Shown here: positions 13,501 through 25,817 of the stretch, one piece after another | Layout: every line of letters begins with the position of its first letter | How positions within the stretch are numbered: the stretch's first letter is position 1 | Source of the DNA: Eledone cirrhosa | Taxonomy: Eukaryota | DNA: 64,000 nt | NCBI GenBank assembly: GCA_964016885.1 | Contig: OZ024740.1 | Coordinates: 76,198,001 to 76,262,000 of the forward strand | Direction of reading: 5' to 3' | Translations under genes and position numbers: made by a program | The notes under the pieces: model-generated | What the model was told of the DNA's origin: nothing | The model's database searches: none | What the model saw: only the letters and a program-made list of their open reading frames with translations

Positions 13501-16500
13501 CTCTCTCTAGCCACATCCACAGTCCTCTCTATACTAACATCCACAGTCCTCTCTCTAGCCACATCCACAGTCCTCTCTATACTAACATCCACAGTCCTCT
13601 CTCTAGCCACATCCACAGTCCTCTCTATACTAACATCCACAGTCCTCTCTCTAGCCACATCCACAGTCCTCTCTATACTAACATCCACAGTCCCCTCTCT
13701 AGCCACATCCACAGTCCTCTCTATACTAACATCCACAGTCCTCTCTAGCCACATCCACAGTCCTCTCTATACTAACATCCACAGTCCTCTCTCTAGCCAC
13801 ATCCACAGTCCTCTCTATACTAACATCCACAGTCCCCTCTCTAGCCACATCCACAGTCCTCTCTATACTAACATCCACAGTCCTCTCTCTAGCCACATCC
13901 ACAGTCCTCTCTATACTAACATCCACAGTCCCCTCTCTAGCCACATCCACAGTCCTCTCTATACTAACATCCACAGTCCTCTCTCTAGCCACATCCACAG
14001 TCCTCTCTCTAGCCACATCCACAGTCCTCTCTATACTAACATCCACAGTCCCTCTCTCTAGCCACATCCACAGTCCTCTCTATACTAACATCCACAGTCC
14101 CCTCTCTAGCCACATCCACAGTCCTCTCTATACTAACATCCACAGTCCTCTCTCTAGCCACATCCACAGTCCTCTCTCTAGCCACATCCACAGTCCTCTC
14201 TATACTAACATCCACAGTCCCCTCTCTAGCCACATCCACAGTCCTCTCTATACTAACATCCACAGTCCCCTCTCTAGCCACATCCACAGTCCTCTCTATA
14301 CTAACATCCACAGTCCTCTCTCTAGCCACATCCACAGTCCTCTCTCTAGCCACATCCACAGTCCTCTCTATACTAACATCCACAGTCCCCTCTCTAGCCA
14401 CATCCACAGTCCTCTCTATACTAACATCCACAGTCCTCTCTCTAGCCACATCCACAGTCCTCTCTATACTAACATCCACAGTCCCCTCTCTAGCCACATC
14501 CACAGTCCTCTCTATACTAACATCCACAGTCCTCTCTCTAGCCACATCCACAGTCCTCTCTATACTAACATCCACAAGTCCCCTCTCTAGCCACATCCAC
14601 AGTCCTCTCTATACTAACATCCACAGTCCCCTCTCTAGCCACATCCACAGTCCTCTCTATACTAACATCCACAGTCCCCTCTCTAGCCACATCCACAGTC
14701 CTCTCTATACTAACATCCACAGTCCTCTCTCTAGCCACATCCACAGTCCTCTCTATACTAACATCCACAGTCCTCTCTAGCCACATCCACAGTCCTCTCT
14801 ATACTAACATCCACAGTCCCCTCTCTAGCCACATCCACAGTCCTCTCTATACTAACATCCACAGTCCTCTCTCTAGCCACATCCACAGTCCTCTCTATAC
14901 TAACATCCACAGTCCTCTCTAGCCACATCCACAGTCCTCTCTATACTAACATCCACAGTCCCCTCTCTAGCCACATCCACAGTCCTCTCTATACTAACAT
15001 CCACAGTCCCCTCTCTAGCCACATCCACAGTCCTCTCTATACTAACATCCACAGTCCTCTCTCTAGCCACATCCACAGTCCTCTCTATACTAACATCCAC
15101 AGTCCCCTCTCTAGCCACATCCACAGTCCTCTCTCTAGCCACATCCACAGTCCTCTCTATACTAACATCCACAGTCCTCTCTCTAGCCACATCCACAGTC
15201 CTCTCTATACTAACATCCACAGTCCCCTCTCTAGCCACATCCACAGTCCTCTCTATACTAACATCCACAGTCCTCTCTCTAGCCACATCCACAGTCCTCT
15301 CTATACTAACATCCACAGTCCCCTCTCTAGCCACATCCACAGTCCTCTCTATACTAACATCCACAGTCCCCTCTCTAGCCACATCCACAGTCCTCTCTAT
15401 ACTAACATCCACAGTCCTCTCTCTAGCCACATCCACAGTCCTCTCTCTAGCCACATCCACAGTCCTCTCTCTAGCCACATCCACAGTCCTCTCTATACTA
15501 ACATCCACAGTCCTCTCTCTAGCCACATCCACAGTCCTCTCTATACTAACATCCACAGTCCTCTCTCTAGCCACATCCACAGTCCTCTCTATACTAACAT
15601 CCACAGTCCCCTCTCTAGCCACATCCACAGTCCTCTCTATACTAACATCCACAGTCCCCTCTCTAGCCACATCCACAGTCCTCTCTATACTAACATCCAC
15701 AGTCCTCTCTCTAGCCACATCCACAGTCCTCTCTCTAGCCACATCCACAGTCCTCTCTCTAGCCACATCCACAGTCCTCTCTATACTAACATCCACAGTC
15801 CTCTCTCTAGCCACATCCACAGTCCTCTCTATACTAACATCCACAGTCCTCTCTCTAGCCACATCCACAGTCCTCTCTATACTAACATCCACAGTCCCCT
15901 CTCTAGCCACATCCACAGTCCTCTCTATACTAACATCCACAGTCCTCTCTCTAGCCACATCCACAGTCCTCTCTATACTAACATCCACAGTCCTCTCTCT
16001 AGCCACATCCACAGTCCTCTCTATACTAACATCCACAGTCCTCTCTCTAGCCACATCCACAGTCCTCTCTATACTAACATCCACAGTCCCCTCTCTAGCC
16101 ACATCCACAGTCCTCTCTATACTAACATCCACAGTCCTCTCTCTAGCCACATCCACAGTCCTCTCTATACTAACATCCACAGTCCCCTCTCTAGCCACAT
16201 CCACAGTCCTCTCTATACTAACATCCACAGTCCTCTCTCTAGCCACATCCACAGTCCTCTCTATACTAACATCCACAGTCCTCTCTCTAGCCACATCCAC
16301 AGTCCTCTCTCTAGCCACATCCACAGTCCTCTCTATACTAACATCCACAGTCCCCTCTCTAGCCACATCCACAGTCCTCTCTATACTAACATCCACAGTC
16401 CTCTCTCTAGCCACATCCACAGTCCTCTCTATACTAACATCCACAGTCCTCTCTCTAGCCACATCCACAGTCCTCTCTCTAGCCACATCCACAGTCCTCT

Positions 16501-17909
16501 CTATACTAACATCCACAGTCCTCTCTCTAGCCACATCCACAGTCCTCTCTATACTAACATCCACAGTCCTCTCTCTAGCCACATCCACAGTCCTCTCTCT
16601 AGCCACATCCACAGTCCTCTCTATACTAACATCCACAGTCCCCTCTCTAGCCACATCCACAGTCCTCTCTATACTAACATCCACAGTCCTCTCTCTAGCC
16701 ACATCCACAGTCCTCTCTATACTAACATCCACAGTCCTCTCTCTAGCCACATCCACAGTCCTCTCTCTAGCCACATCCACAGTCCTCTCTATACTAACAT
16801 CCACAGTCCCCTCTCTAGCCACATCCACAGTCCTCTCTATACTAACATCCACAGTCCTCTCTCTAGCCACATCCACAGTCCTCTCTATACTAACATCCAC
16901 AGTCCTCTCTCTAGCCACATCCACAGTCCTCTCTCTAGCCACATCCACAGTCCTCTCTATACTAACATCCACAGTCCTCTCTCTAGCCACATCCACAGTC
17001 CTCTCTATACTAACATCCACAGTCCTCTCTCTAGCCACATCCACAGTCCTCTCTCTAGCCACATCCACAGTCCTCTCTATACTAACATCCACAGTCCCCT
17101 CTCTAGCCACATCCACAGTCCTCTCTATACTAACATCCACAGTCCTCTCTCTAGCCACATCCACAGTCCTCTCTATACTAACATCCACAGTCCCCTCTCT
17201 AGCCACATCCACAGTCCTCTCTATACTAACATCCACAGTCCCCTCTCTAGCCACATCCACAGTCCTCTCTATACTAACATCCACAGTCCTCTCTCTAGCC
17301 ACATCCACAGTCCTCTCTCTAGCCACATCCACAGTCCTCTCTATACTAACATCCACAGTCCCCTCTCTAGCCACATCCACAGTCCTCTCTATACTAACAT
17401 CCACAGTCCTCTCTCTAGCCACATCCACAGTCCTCTCTATACTAACATCCACAGTCCTCTCTCTAGCCACATCCACAGTCCTCTCTCTAGCCACATCCAC
17501 AGTCCTCTCTATACTAACATCCACAGTCCTCTCTCTAGCCACATCCACAGTCCTCTCTATACTAACATCCACAGTCCCCTCTCTAGCCACATCCACAGTC
17601 CTCTCTATACTAACATCCACAGTCCTCTCTCTAGCCACATCCACAGTCCTCTCTATACTAACATCCACAGTCCTCTCTCTAGCCACATCCACAGTCCTCT
17701 CTATACTAACATCCACAGTCCCCTCTCTAGCCACATCCACAGTCCTCTCTATACTAACATCCACAGTCCTCTCTATACTAACATCCACAGTCCCCTCTCT
17801 AGCCACATCCACAGTCCTCTCTATACTAACATCCACAGTCCCCTCTCTAGCCACATCCACAGTCCTCTCTATACTAACATCCACAGTCCTCTCTCTAGCC
17901 ACATCCACC
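10546..17909. repeat. 24-bp minisatellite, about 300 units, intronic
   Basis: Units ACATCCACAGTCCTCTCTATACTA, ACATCCACAGTCCTCTCTCTAGCC and ACATCCACAGTCCCCTCTCTAGCC interspersed. Confidence 0.98.
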
Positions 17910-17957
17910 AAGGAAAGGAAAGAGTCCGATCCTCCAAATCTATATAAATAAAAGTCC

Positions 17958-18856
17958 GTGTGTCAATATGGAAATATGGAACTAGGATGGCACACTGTGG
18001 ACTTGGGTGGCTACAGTGAAGCAGTATGGCACCGGGAAGAGAGAGTGACAAATTACGGCACTTTGAAGCTAGGGTGCAGCACTATGGCACTGCGAGCTAG
18101 GGTAGCACACCAAAGCACTGGAAGCTTGAATGACACAGTATGGAAATATGGGACTAGGATATCACAGTATGGCAATGGGGAGATCGTGTGGAAAATACGG
18201 CACTTTGAAGTAAGAGTGCCGCACTATGGCACTGCGTAGATATGGTGGCACAGATGTTGCTGTATGGCAATAGGGAGATAGGATGGCAAAATACGGCACT
18301 TCGGAGTTAGGGTGCAGCACTATGGCACAGCGGAGCTAGAGAGTCACACTATGGAATTCGGGAGCTTCAGTGACACACTATAGAAATATGGAGCTAGGGT
18401 GATCCCCAATAGCAATGGGGAGATATTGTGGAAAAAATATGAAACTTGGAAGCTAGGGTGCCGCATTATGGCACTGCGTGTATATGGTGGCACACTATGG
18501 GACTGTGAAGCTTGAGTGAAACAGTATGGAAGTATGGAACTAGGCTGTCGCAGTATCGCAATGGGAAGATAGGTTGGCAAAATACGGCACTTCGGAGCTA
18601 GGATGCCGCACTATGGCACTGCGGAGCTAGGGTGGCACACTATGGAACTGGGAAGCTTGAGTGACACAGTATGGAAATATGGAACTAAGATGTCGCAGTA
18701 TGGCAATTGGGGAGATAGGATTAAAAAAATACGGCACTTCAGAGCTAGGGTGCCGTACTATGGCACTGAGGACCTGGGGTGGCAGACTGTGAACCTGGCG
18801 TGGCACACTGTGGACCTGGAGAGCTCTAGTGACACAGTATAGAAATATTGAGCTAG
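17958..18856. repeat. Degenerate tandem repeat
   Basis: Recurrent AAAATACGGCACTT(C/T)G, GAGCTAGGGTG, CACTATGGCAC and GACACAGTATGGAAATATGG blocks. Confidence 0.8.
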
Positions 18857-19608
18857 TTAGATAATACATTCTGTTTCCATTGGTCTTTACATTGCTGATA
18901 CCATATGCTGATCGCAGCTCCTAGGTGAAGCGTCACCACATCCCTAAACAGTAGGTGGGATTTGAATTCTAAATTCATAAAGCCGGCACAGATGCCATAT
19001 TTAACACGTTTACTATTCCGCCATTTAATGCCAGATTTGATCCCAGATTGGTACTTTAGATTCACTAAAATGCAGCATTGCACATCGTACACAGACATCA
19101 TTCAGCTGACCTTTCATTCGTAGAGAAAAAGGGTTTGTTGTTAACAGGAGTAGTAGCTCTTTAAACTTATTCCATCCCGTTCTTATTCTAGCTACTATGC
19201 TCCTGGAGCAACCCCTTCACTGTTCATTGGATCACCTAGATAGCAGAAGGTATCAACCGCTTCTATGGATCATACCTGGGATTGGAAAAGGTGTATATCA
19301 CTAACACTCTTACTATCAATTTTCCCTGAGCTTCTATTACATACAAAGTCTTTCTTTCCTGTTAGTATGTTTTTCTTTCTTTATTTTTCTCATATATATA
19401 TATATATGTGTGGGCGCGTCTAAGTGTGCGTATATGTGTGATTGTGTGCGTGCGTGCGTCTGTCTGTCTATTTTTATATTTGTGCCTGTGCCAATTTATA
19501 TGTCCCGTAACCTAGCTGGAATCGACAAAAAAGAATCGATAGAAGAACAAAATAACAAACATTATGTTTCTCAAAAATGTAACCAAATATCCTTCTGCTC
19601 TTTTACAG

Positions 19609-20000
19609 AAAATGAATTCACCTGTATCGTGGCCTTCATTTACCTGCAGAGACGTGTTGAGTTCTTTCTTCTGCAAGTATTTATTCCTAGTACTATGATA
19701 GTCTTCATATCATGGGTATCGTTCTGGCTTCCAATCAACGCAGTTCCTGCAAGAATCGCACTGGGCAGCACCACCGTGTTAATCATGATTACTCAAAGAC
19801 AATCAACTGCTATTTCGTTGCCTCCTGTCTCTTACGTGAAAGCCATTGACGTGTGGACCGTCACGTGCCTCGTCTTTGTATTTGCAGCACTTTTAGAATA
19901 TGCTGTCGTTAGTACTTATTCCAGACACGAGACTAAACGTTTCTCCATCAAAGTTATACAGAACAACAGAAGTCTAAGGCAGACAATAAATGTTAATCAG
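19609..20000 (+). CDS. Exon of a Cys-loop anion channel subunit (end of loop C, M1, M2, M3, start of M3-M4 loop)
   Basis: cttctgctcttttacAG acceptor and CAG|GTAAGC donor; FTC, LQRR, QVFIPS..IV.ISWVSFW, PAR..LG.TTVL, LPPVSYVKAIDVW and ALLEYA are GlyR/GluCl-family hallmarks. Confidence 0.97.
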
Positions 20001-20031
20001 GTAAGCACACACACACTCTCTATCTCTCCCG

Positions 20032-20067
<36 letters not shown>

Positions 20068-20074
20068 TGACATA

Positions 20075-20822
20075 AATACATTAATGACATTACTGACATC
20101 ATCAAACACAGCAACATAAAAATCTTTGCAGATGATTCCAAGCTCCAAAGGGTCATCAATGAGGGGGGTGACTGAACTTGCCTTCAGTCAGACCTACTGG
20201 CTGTTATCCAATGGGCAGAAATGAATAATATGCTGTTGAATGAGGATAAGTTTGAATTAATCCACTTTGGAGAAAAGGATGCCCTGAAACTACCATACTC
20301 TCTTCCTTCGGGTGAAACTCTAGTGGCATCCAATAACATCAGAGACCTGGGAGTAATTGTGGACAACATAAGCTGGGCCACTCATATAAACAGCAAAGTT
20401 GATATGGCCCGCAGAATGTGTTCCTGGATTCTCAGAACTTTCCAGTCGAGAGATATCCACACTGTTATCCTTCTCTTCTCCACTTTTTCCCGACACCACT
20501 TGAATACTGTTGTCCACTGTGGTCACCCCACACGAAACAAAGTATCATGAAAGTTGAAGCACCCCAAGGGTCAATTACAAAAAAGATAGATGGCATGACA
20601 AGCCTTGACTATTAGAGTCGCTTAGAAAAGCTCAACCTTTATTCTCTCCAACGTCGCCGTGAGCGCTACATTATCTGCATGATGTGGAAAATATTCCATC
20701 AGCTTTGCCCAAATGATGTTGGCATCACCTTTACTGTACACCCAAGGCTTGGGCCCCGTGCTATCCGCCCACGACAAAAATCTCACTCGCATCTCATAAC
20801 AACAATACGGCAGAATTATTTC
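20075..20822 (+). mobile_element. CR1/L2-group LINE 3' fragment (RT C-terminus)
   Basis: IKIFADDSKL, RDLGVIVD, LEYCCPLWSP and YSLQRRRERY motifs with stops and frameshifts. Confidence 0.8.
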
Positions 20823-20827
20823 AAGTT

Positions 20828-21020
20828 GGAGGCACGTGGCCTAGTGATAAGGGTGTTGGACTTACAATCATAATATCGTGGGTTGCGTGTTGTGTTCTTC
20901 GGGGTTTAACCCTGCGATGGACTGGCGTCCTGCCCAGGGGGGTTGTACTCTGAGTCGCTTCACGCCATGAAACCGGGATAAGCACCGGCCAAATGAGCCT
21001 TCTAGCTTAAGACAGACTTT
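20828..21020 (+). mobile_element. tRNA-headed SINE; related heads on the minus strand near 21710-21817, 23700-23813 and 39670-39770
   Basis: A-box-like GTGGCCTAGTGATAAGG head followed by an AACCCTGCGATGGACTGGCGTCC core. Confidence 0.6.
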
Positions 21021-22268
21021 AGATATATATATATATTTTTATTTTTTCTTCTTCTGGCCTCCTCGGTCTTACAACGTTCCTCTTTTCTAATGAAAGTCTA
21101 TCGTCCGATACATAATTTTCTGCTTTTTCCTTTTCTCAAATGCAATTGTTCTCCGTGTTTGTTTGTTTATTAAACTTGAAACAATGACTCTCATCCTCCC
21201 AATAACTTCCATTCTACTACCCCCCCTCCTCACACATTCTCTAGGGTCTCGAATAATGCACCCCCCCCCCCCCCCCCCCACTTATTAATTTTTCAGATCT
21301 CCTCCCTCCGCTCTTATTCCAAACCCCTCCCCCGCTTATTAAGTTTTGCTAATCTATCTCCGGCAAAATTTTATTTTAACTTTTTTTATATATTAAAAAA
21401 CGTTACACATTAGAAATAGAATATATCATAAAATAAATAGGGTGGGAGTGAAGGACAGGTAAAGACATTTTTAAAAATACTGAAATGCCTAGAATCTGTG
21501 GACGCATGCTCCGGTCGGCAGTCATCGATGTACTGCTTAGCAGCGTGAGTGCCTTACCTCACATCTGCCCGGGAAAGGTGATTTTGTGGGAGACCAGCAG
21601 TCGCTCATGTACACCAGTCTCCCCTTTCTTCGCCACCGATGTTATCCAAGTAAAAGGCGAAGAAAGGCCAATACAGCTTGGCACCAAAGACGTTGTAACT
21701 TATTTCTCCAGTTGAGTGAACTGGAGCAACATGAAATAAAGTGTTTTGCTCAAAGACACAGAAATCGAACTCACATCCTTACGATTGTAAGCCCAAGGCT
21801 CTAATTACTAAGCCACGTTTGTTTAAAATATGTAATTGTATAGTTGATACAACTATATCCATTTTGTGGTCCCTGCCCTGGCGAAAATCAACCTCATGAT
21901 CAAGTCGTTTAAGTCAGAGGTTATGAACGATACTTTGAGGTCTCCATCATGGACAGGCGATCAATGCCCCACCAGGTACAAGTGACTCCTTAAAAAGAGA
22001 TGTTCACATCCTTCAGTCGTCGATCTGCCAACCAACCAGCCAACAGATTAACCTCAGCTCGGAACTATTATGAGCAGAATGCGCCTGATTAACGCGCATC
22101 CGACTCTCTTCCGGCAGAGGAAATGCTTCGTCATGTCGAAGCCTTTGCATATGTATATGCCTCTGCATATATATTTATGTATACACACAGACACACACAC
22201 ACACATATATATGTTAACCTAATATATTCCTTCCGTATACTGAATCGATTGTGTTATTTCTGTTTACC

Positions 22269-22319
<51 letters not shown>

Positions 22320-22922
22320 CGTGTATGTATACATACATACACATACACACATATATATATATAAGGATATATATGTGCGTGTGTGTGCGGTGTGTTAGTG
22401 TGTGTGTACCGTGCTACACAGTTGACCATACAACTTGAACATTCCTAGGTAGCATCGATGCTTCTTGGCATCACAGGAGAGTACAATACAGTCAGGATGT
22501 GTTGTTATCTGCAGTCAACAGATGAATAGCCGGTAGTGCAAGCTCTATGTTCCACACACACAAACACACATACTTGCATATACACACACACACACATACA
22601 CACATACATACATAAGTCGATATATATATGTTAGGTAATTCCGAAGAAATTATATATATATATACATATATATTTTTTTTTTATATGTATACACACACAT
22701 ATATATATATTTTATGTGTATTTGGTGTATACGTTCGTATGTCTGCGGGAATATGTGTGAATGTGTTTATGTGTACGTGCATGTATATGCATGCATGGCG
22801 GGTGTTTTCGCGTATGCACATGTATGTACGTATATGATGCGTGTATGTATATATTTAATTATTATTACTTTTATGATTTTAATAACCTCTTTCATTTTCG
22901 TTCTACTAATTTATTTACATTA

Positions 22923-23243
22923 TGCGGTGGATTGGCAGTATCGGTAGAGAGTCGGACGCCATGCTTTCCAGCATAGTTACGTCCCTTTACAATCTGAGTT
23001 CAAATCCCGCCGAGGTTAACTTTGCCTTTCATCCTTACGGGGTCGATAAAATAAAGTACCAGTAATGCACTGGGTAATTGCTGGCCTTGTGCCTAAAGTA
23101 GAAACAATTATTCTTAACGATCTGAGTTCAAATCCCGCCGAGGTTGACTTTGCCTTTCATCCTAATGGGGTCGATAAAATAAAGTACCAGTAATACACTG
23201 GGTAATTGCTGGCCTTGTGTCTAAAGTAGAAACAATTATTCTT
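22923..23243 (+). mobile_element. tRNA-derived SINE, full copy plus partial tandem copy
   Basis: TGGCAGTATCGG A-box-like and GAGTTCAAATCC B-box; dispersed copies throughout the window. Confidence 0.85.
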
Positions 23244-23894
23244 AACTCTGAAGCCGAGAATCATTCGGTTTCCTAAATAGAATATTAGTCTACGACTTCA
23301 TTGATACCATAAACGTGGTTTTGTCTTTGCGTGTAATTGTTCTCATCGTCCACATAACGACGTATTATCCTCGCTTTTTTTCCGTTCATTGCCAAGGAAC
23401 GTCTTCACGAACCAAAGTATCGTCTTCCTGTTTTCCTTCGGTTGCAACGTTTTTCGAAATTTTTAGTTTCAGAAGATCCCGTTAAGAGTGAAAGCAGCGA
23501 TTCTTTGCTTAAAAGTTATTTTAATAAATAAATAAAAAAAAAAAAATATATATATATAAGTCGATCGACAAAATCCTAGATCTCATTCGCTTAACGAGTT
23601 GGGGGGGGGGGGGGGGGACTCGTCAAGTCGGACCGAGGAAACAATGATTCCATTGGTCTTTCCAATTGCTAATACTATCGGTCGCAAATCCAGACAGAAA
23701 GGGCAACGTGAAATAAAGCGTCTTGCTCAAGGACATAACACATCGCCCGGTTCGGGAATCGAAGTCACAACCTCACAATTGCGAGTCCAATTCTCTAACC
23801 ACTTGGCCACGCGCCTGGATGAATGTATGTATGTATGTATGTATGTATGTATGTATGTATGTATGTATGTATGTATGTATGTATGTATGTATGT

Positions 23895-24008
23895 ACGGAC
23901 AAAAAAGAAAACCTAACAAAAGGTCGAAGAACTCATAAGAGTTGAACGGCCATCCAAAAATGTGTAAATATGTGTATACATATATACATGTGTATGTATA
24001 TACATGTG

Positions 24009-24070
<62 letters not shown>

Positions 24071-24388
24071 TACATATGTATATATATGTGCGGGGAAATA
24101 ATCGGGGGCTGATCGCGCGATTAAACCATTGGGAGTGAAGGACTCCTAGCCTTTGTCAGGGCATTCTTCTAGGACAAGTCAACTCAGGAAACTGGGATAA
24201 CTCCGATATAAAACCTGCGGCTCAGTAGTTACCGATGATGTTGATCTTTTCTTCTTTTCGTGTTATTTCGGGTATATAGAGCAACAGTAGCTATAATGCA
24301 CAGGCATTGCATGATAGCATTAATTGATAATTATTAATAATGTTATATCGTGCAATGGCCATACTCGATAACGAAGGGGCAGCCATCA
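23895..24388 (+). mobile_element. SINE-like element (tail type 2), 5'-truncated, in (TATG)n
   Basis: Similar to 8200-8535; body resembles the type-1 body. Confidence 0.65.
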
Positions 24389-24404
24389 TGTATGTATGTA
24401 TGTA

Positions 24405-24734
24405 TGGTATCCAATGATATTGACTTGTTCTTCTTTTTGGTAAATATCATCTTGGTTAAGAGAGTGGGACCGGCTTTGTGCAGTGCCTTTGCTCACTATA
24501 AAAGCTTCACGGCACAGGCATTGCTTTATATCTGGAGATCTCTCTGCACTTGTCGTCACATGGTACCATGGGCCCAGCACTATGTGTCAATAATTGTCAC
24601 AAGTGTAGTGTTTGTACCAGTTTTCAAGTCGCTGGCTGGACTAAAAAGTCACACTCGTTCAGCGCATCGCTAGGGGTTCTCCTACATGGATATAAAGTAG
24701 TGGCTGTACTCGAAAACGAGTTGGCAGCCACCAT
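24405..24734 (+). mobile_element. SINE-like element (tail type 1), 5'-truncated
   Basis: Matches 8872-9204; same right end. Confidence 0.75.
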
Positions 24735-24753
24735 ATGAAACATAGAGCTTGCA

Positions 24754-24818
<65 letters not shown>

Positions 24819-24823
24819 ATGAT

Positions 24824-25228
24824 GACTGCAAACTCTGCAATCGCTTGTCAGATTACAGAAAATGGTGCACTTTTAGGCTACGGCCAGCCACACGAGCCTG
24901 TAACATATCCTGAACAAGCAATGCCTGTGCTTTGAAGGTTATTTTTAAGTGGGGAAAGGCCTTGCACTCGACCAATCCCACTCTCTGAGCATCGAAAACA
25001 TTACCCGAAAAGAAGAACTGGTCAACATCATCGGATGCTTCCGAAGCTGCAGGTTTTTTTCAGAGTTTCCCTCTCCTAGAGAGGTGTTGTGACAACAACT
25101 GGGGGCCTTTCACTCCAAGGTGCAAAAAAGAAAAAGTATTATTTGGATGGCCGTTGACTCTGCAGATTTCCTCCGCACTTTGCCGGGTCTTGTATTTTAT
25201 CCCGCAGGGTGTCCAAAGTATCACACTT
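24824..25228 (-). mobile_element. SINE-like element (shared head and body, tail type 3)
   Basis: Reverse complement carries GAGTCAACGGCCATCC, CTAGGAGAGGGAAACTCTG and GCACAGGCATTGC motifs; similar to 32326-32718; abuts (ATG)n. Confidence 0.65.
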
Positions 25229-25329
25229 TCTTGTTATTTAGTTATTGTTATTTATATTTTTTACACTTTGTATATATGTATACCCCCACTGTTCCCGTCT
25301 ATTTTATTGTCTCCTATATGTCGGCCTCT

Positions 25330-25525
25330 GGTGGTGGATTGGCAGTATCGGTAGAGGGTCGGACGCCATGCTTTGCAGCATAAAGTTACGTTCCTTTACG
25401 GTCTGAGCTCAAATCCCACCGAGGTTAACTTTGCCTTTCAACCATACGGAGTTGATAAAATAAAGTACCAGTCACACACTGGGGTAATTGCTGGCCTTGA
25501 GCCAAAAAATAGAAACAATTATTAT
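25330..25525 (+). mobile_element. tRNA-derived SINE
   Basis: Same family as 22923. Confidence 0.85.
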
Positions 25526-25634
25526 CTAACGTTTAAACTTTCTTCTCTTCCTTCTTCCTTTTCTTCTCCTTTTTCCCCTCCATCTACTTCAACTTCATTC
25601 CATTGTCATCTACACCAACTTCTCTCTCTCTCTC

Positions 25635-25717
<83 letters not shown>

Positions 25718-25817
25718 CTATATATGAAGGATTAGCACTAATATTGTAAACTTTATTGTGCTGTATTTTTCGCTTTGTTGTTTTACGTTAACTCCTCGCC
25801 CATTATATATATATATA

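Noticed and set aside
10546-17909. CRISPR-like array
   Set aside because: No unique spacers, no cas genes, eukaryotic context
10530-17911. 1074-aa and 1003-aa repeat ORFs (ERTVDVAR/ERTVDVSI)
   Set aside because: By-product of a 24-bp unit with no stop in one frame; no synonymous variation, internal frameshifts, and antisense within an intron
19410-20075. 221-aa single ORF as the channel gene
   Set aside because: Both ends are intronic read-through; the exon is 19609-20000 by splice signals and homology
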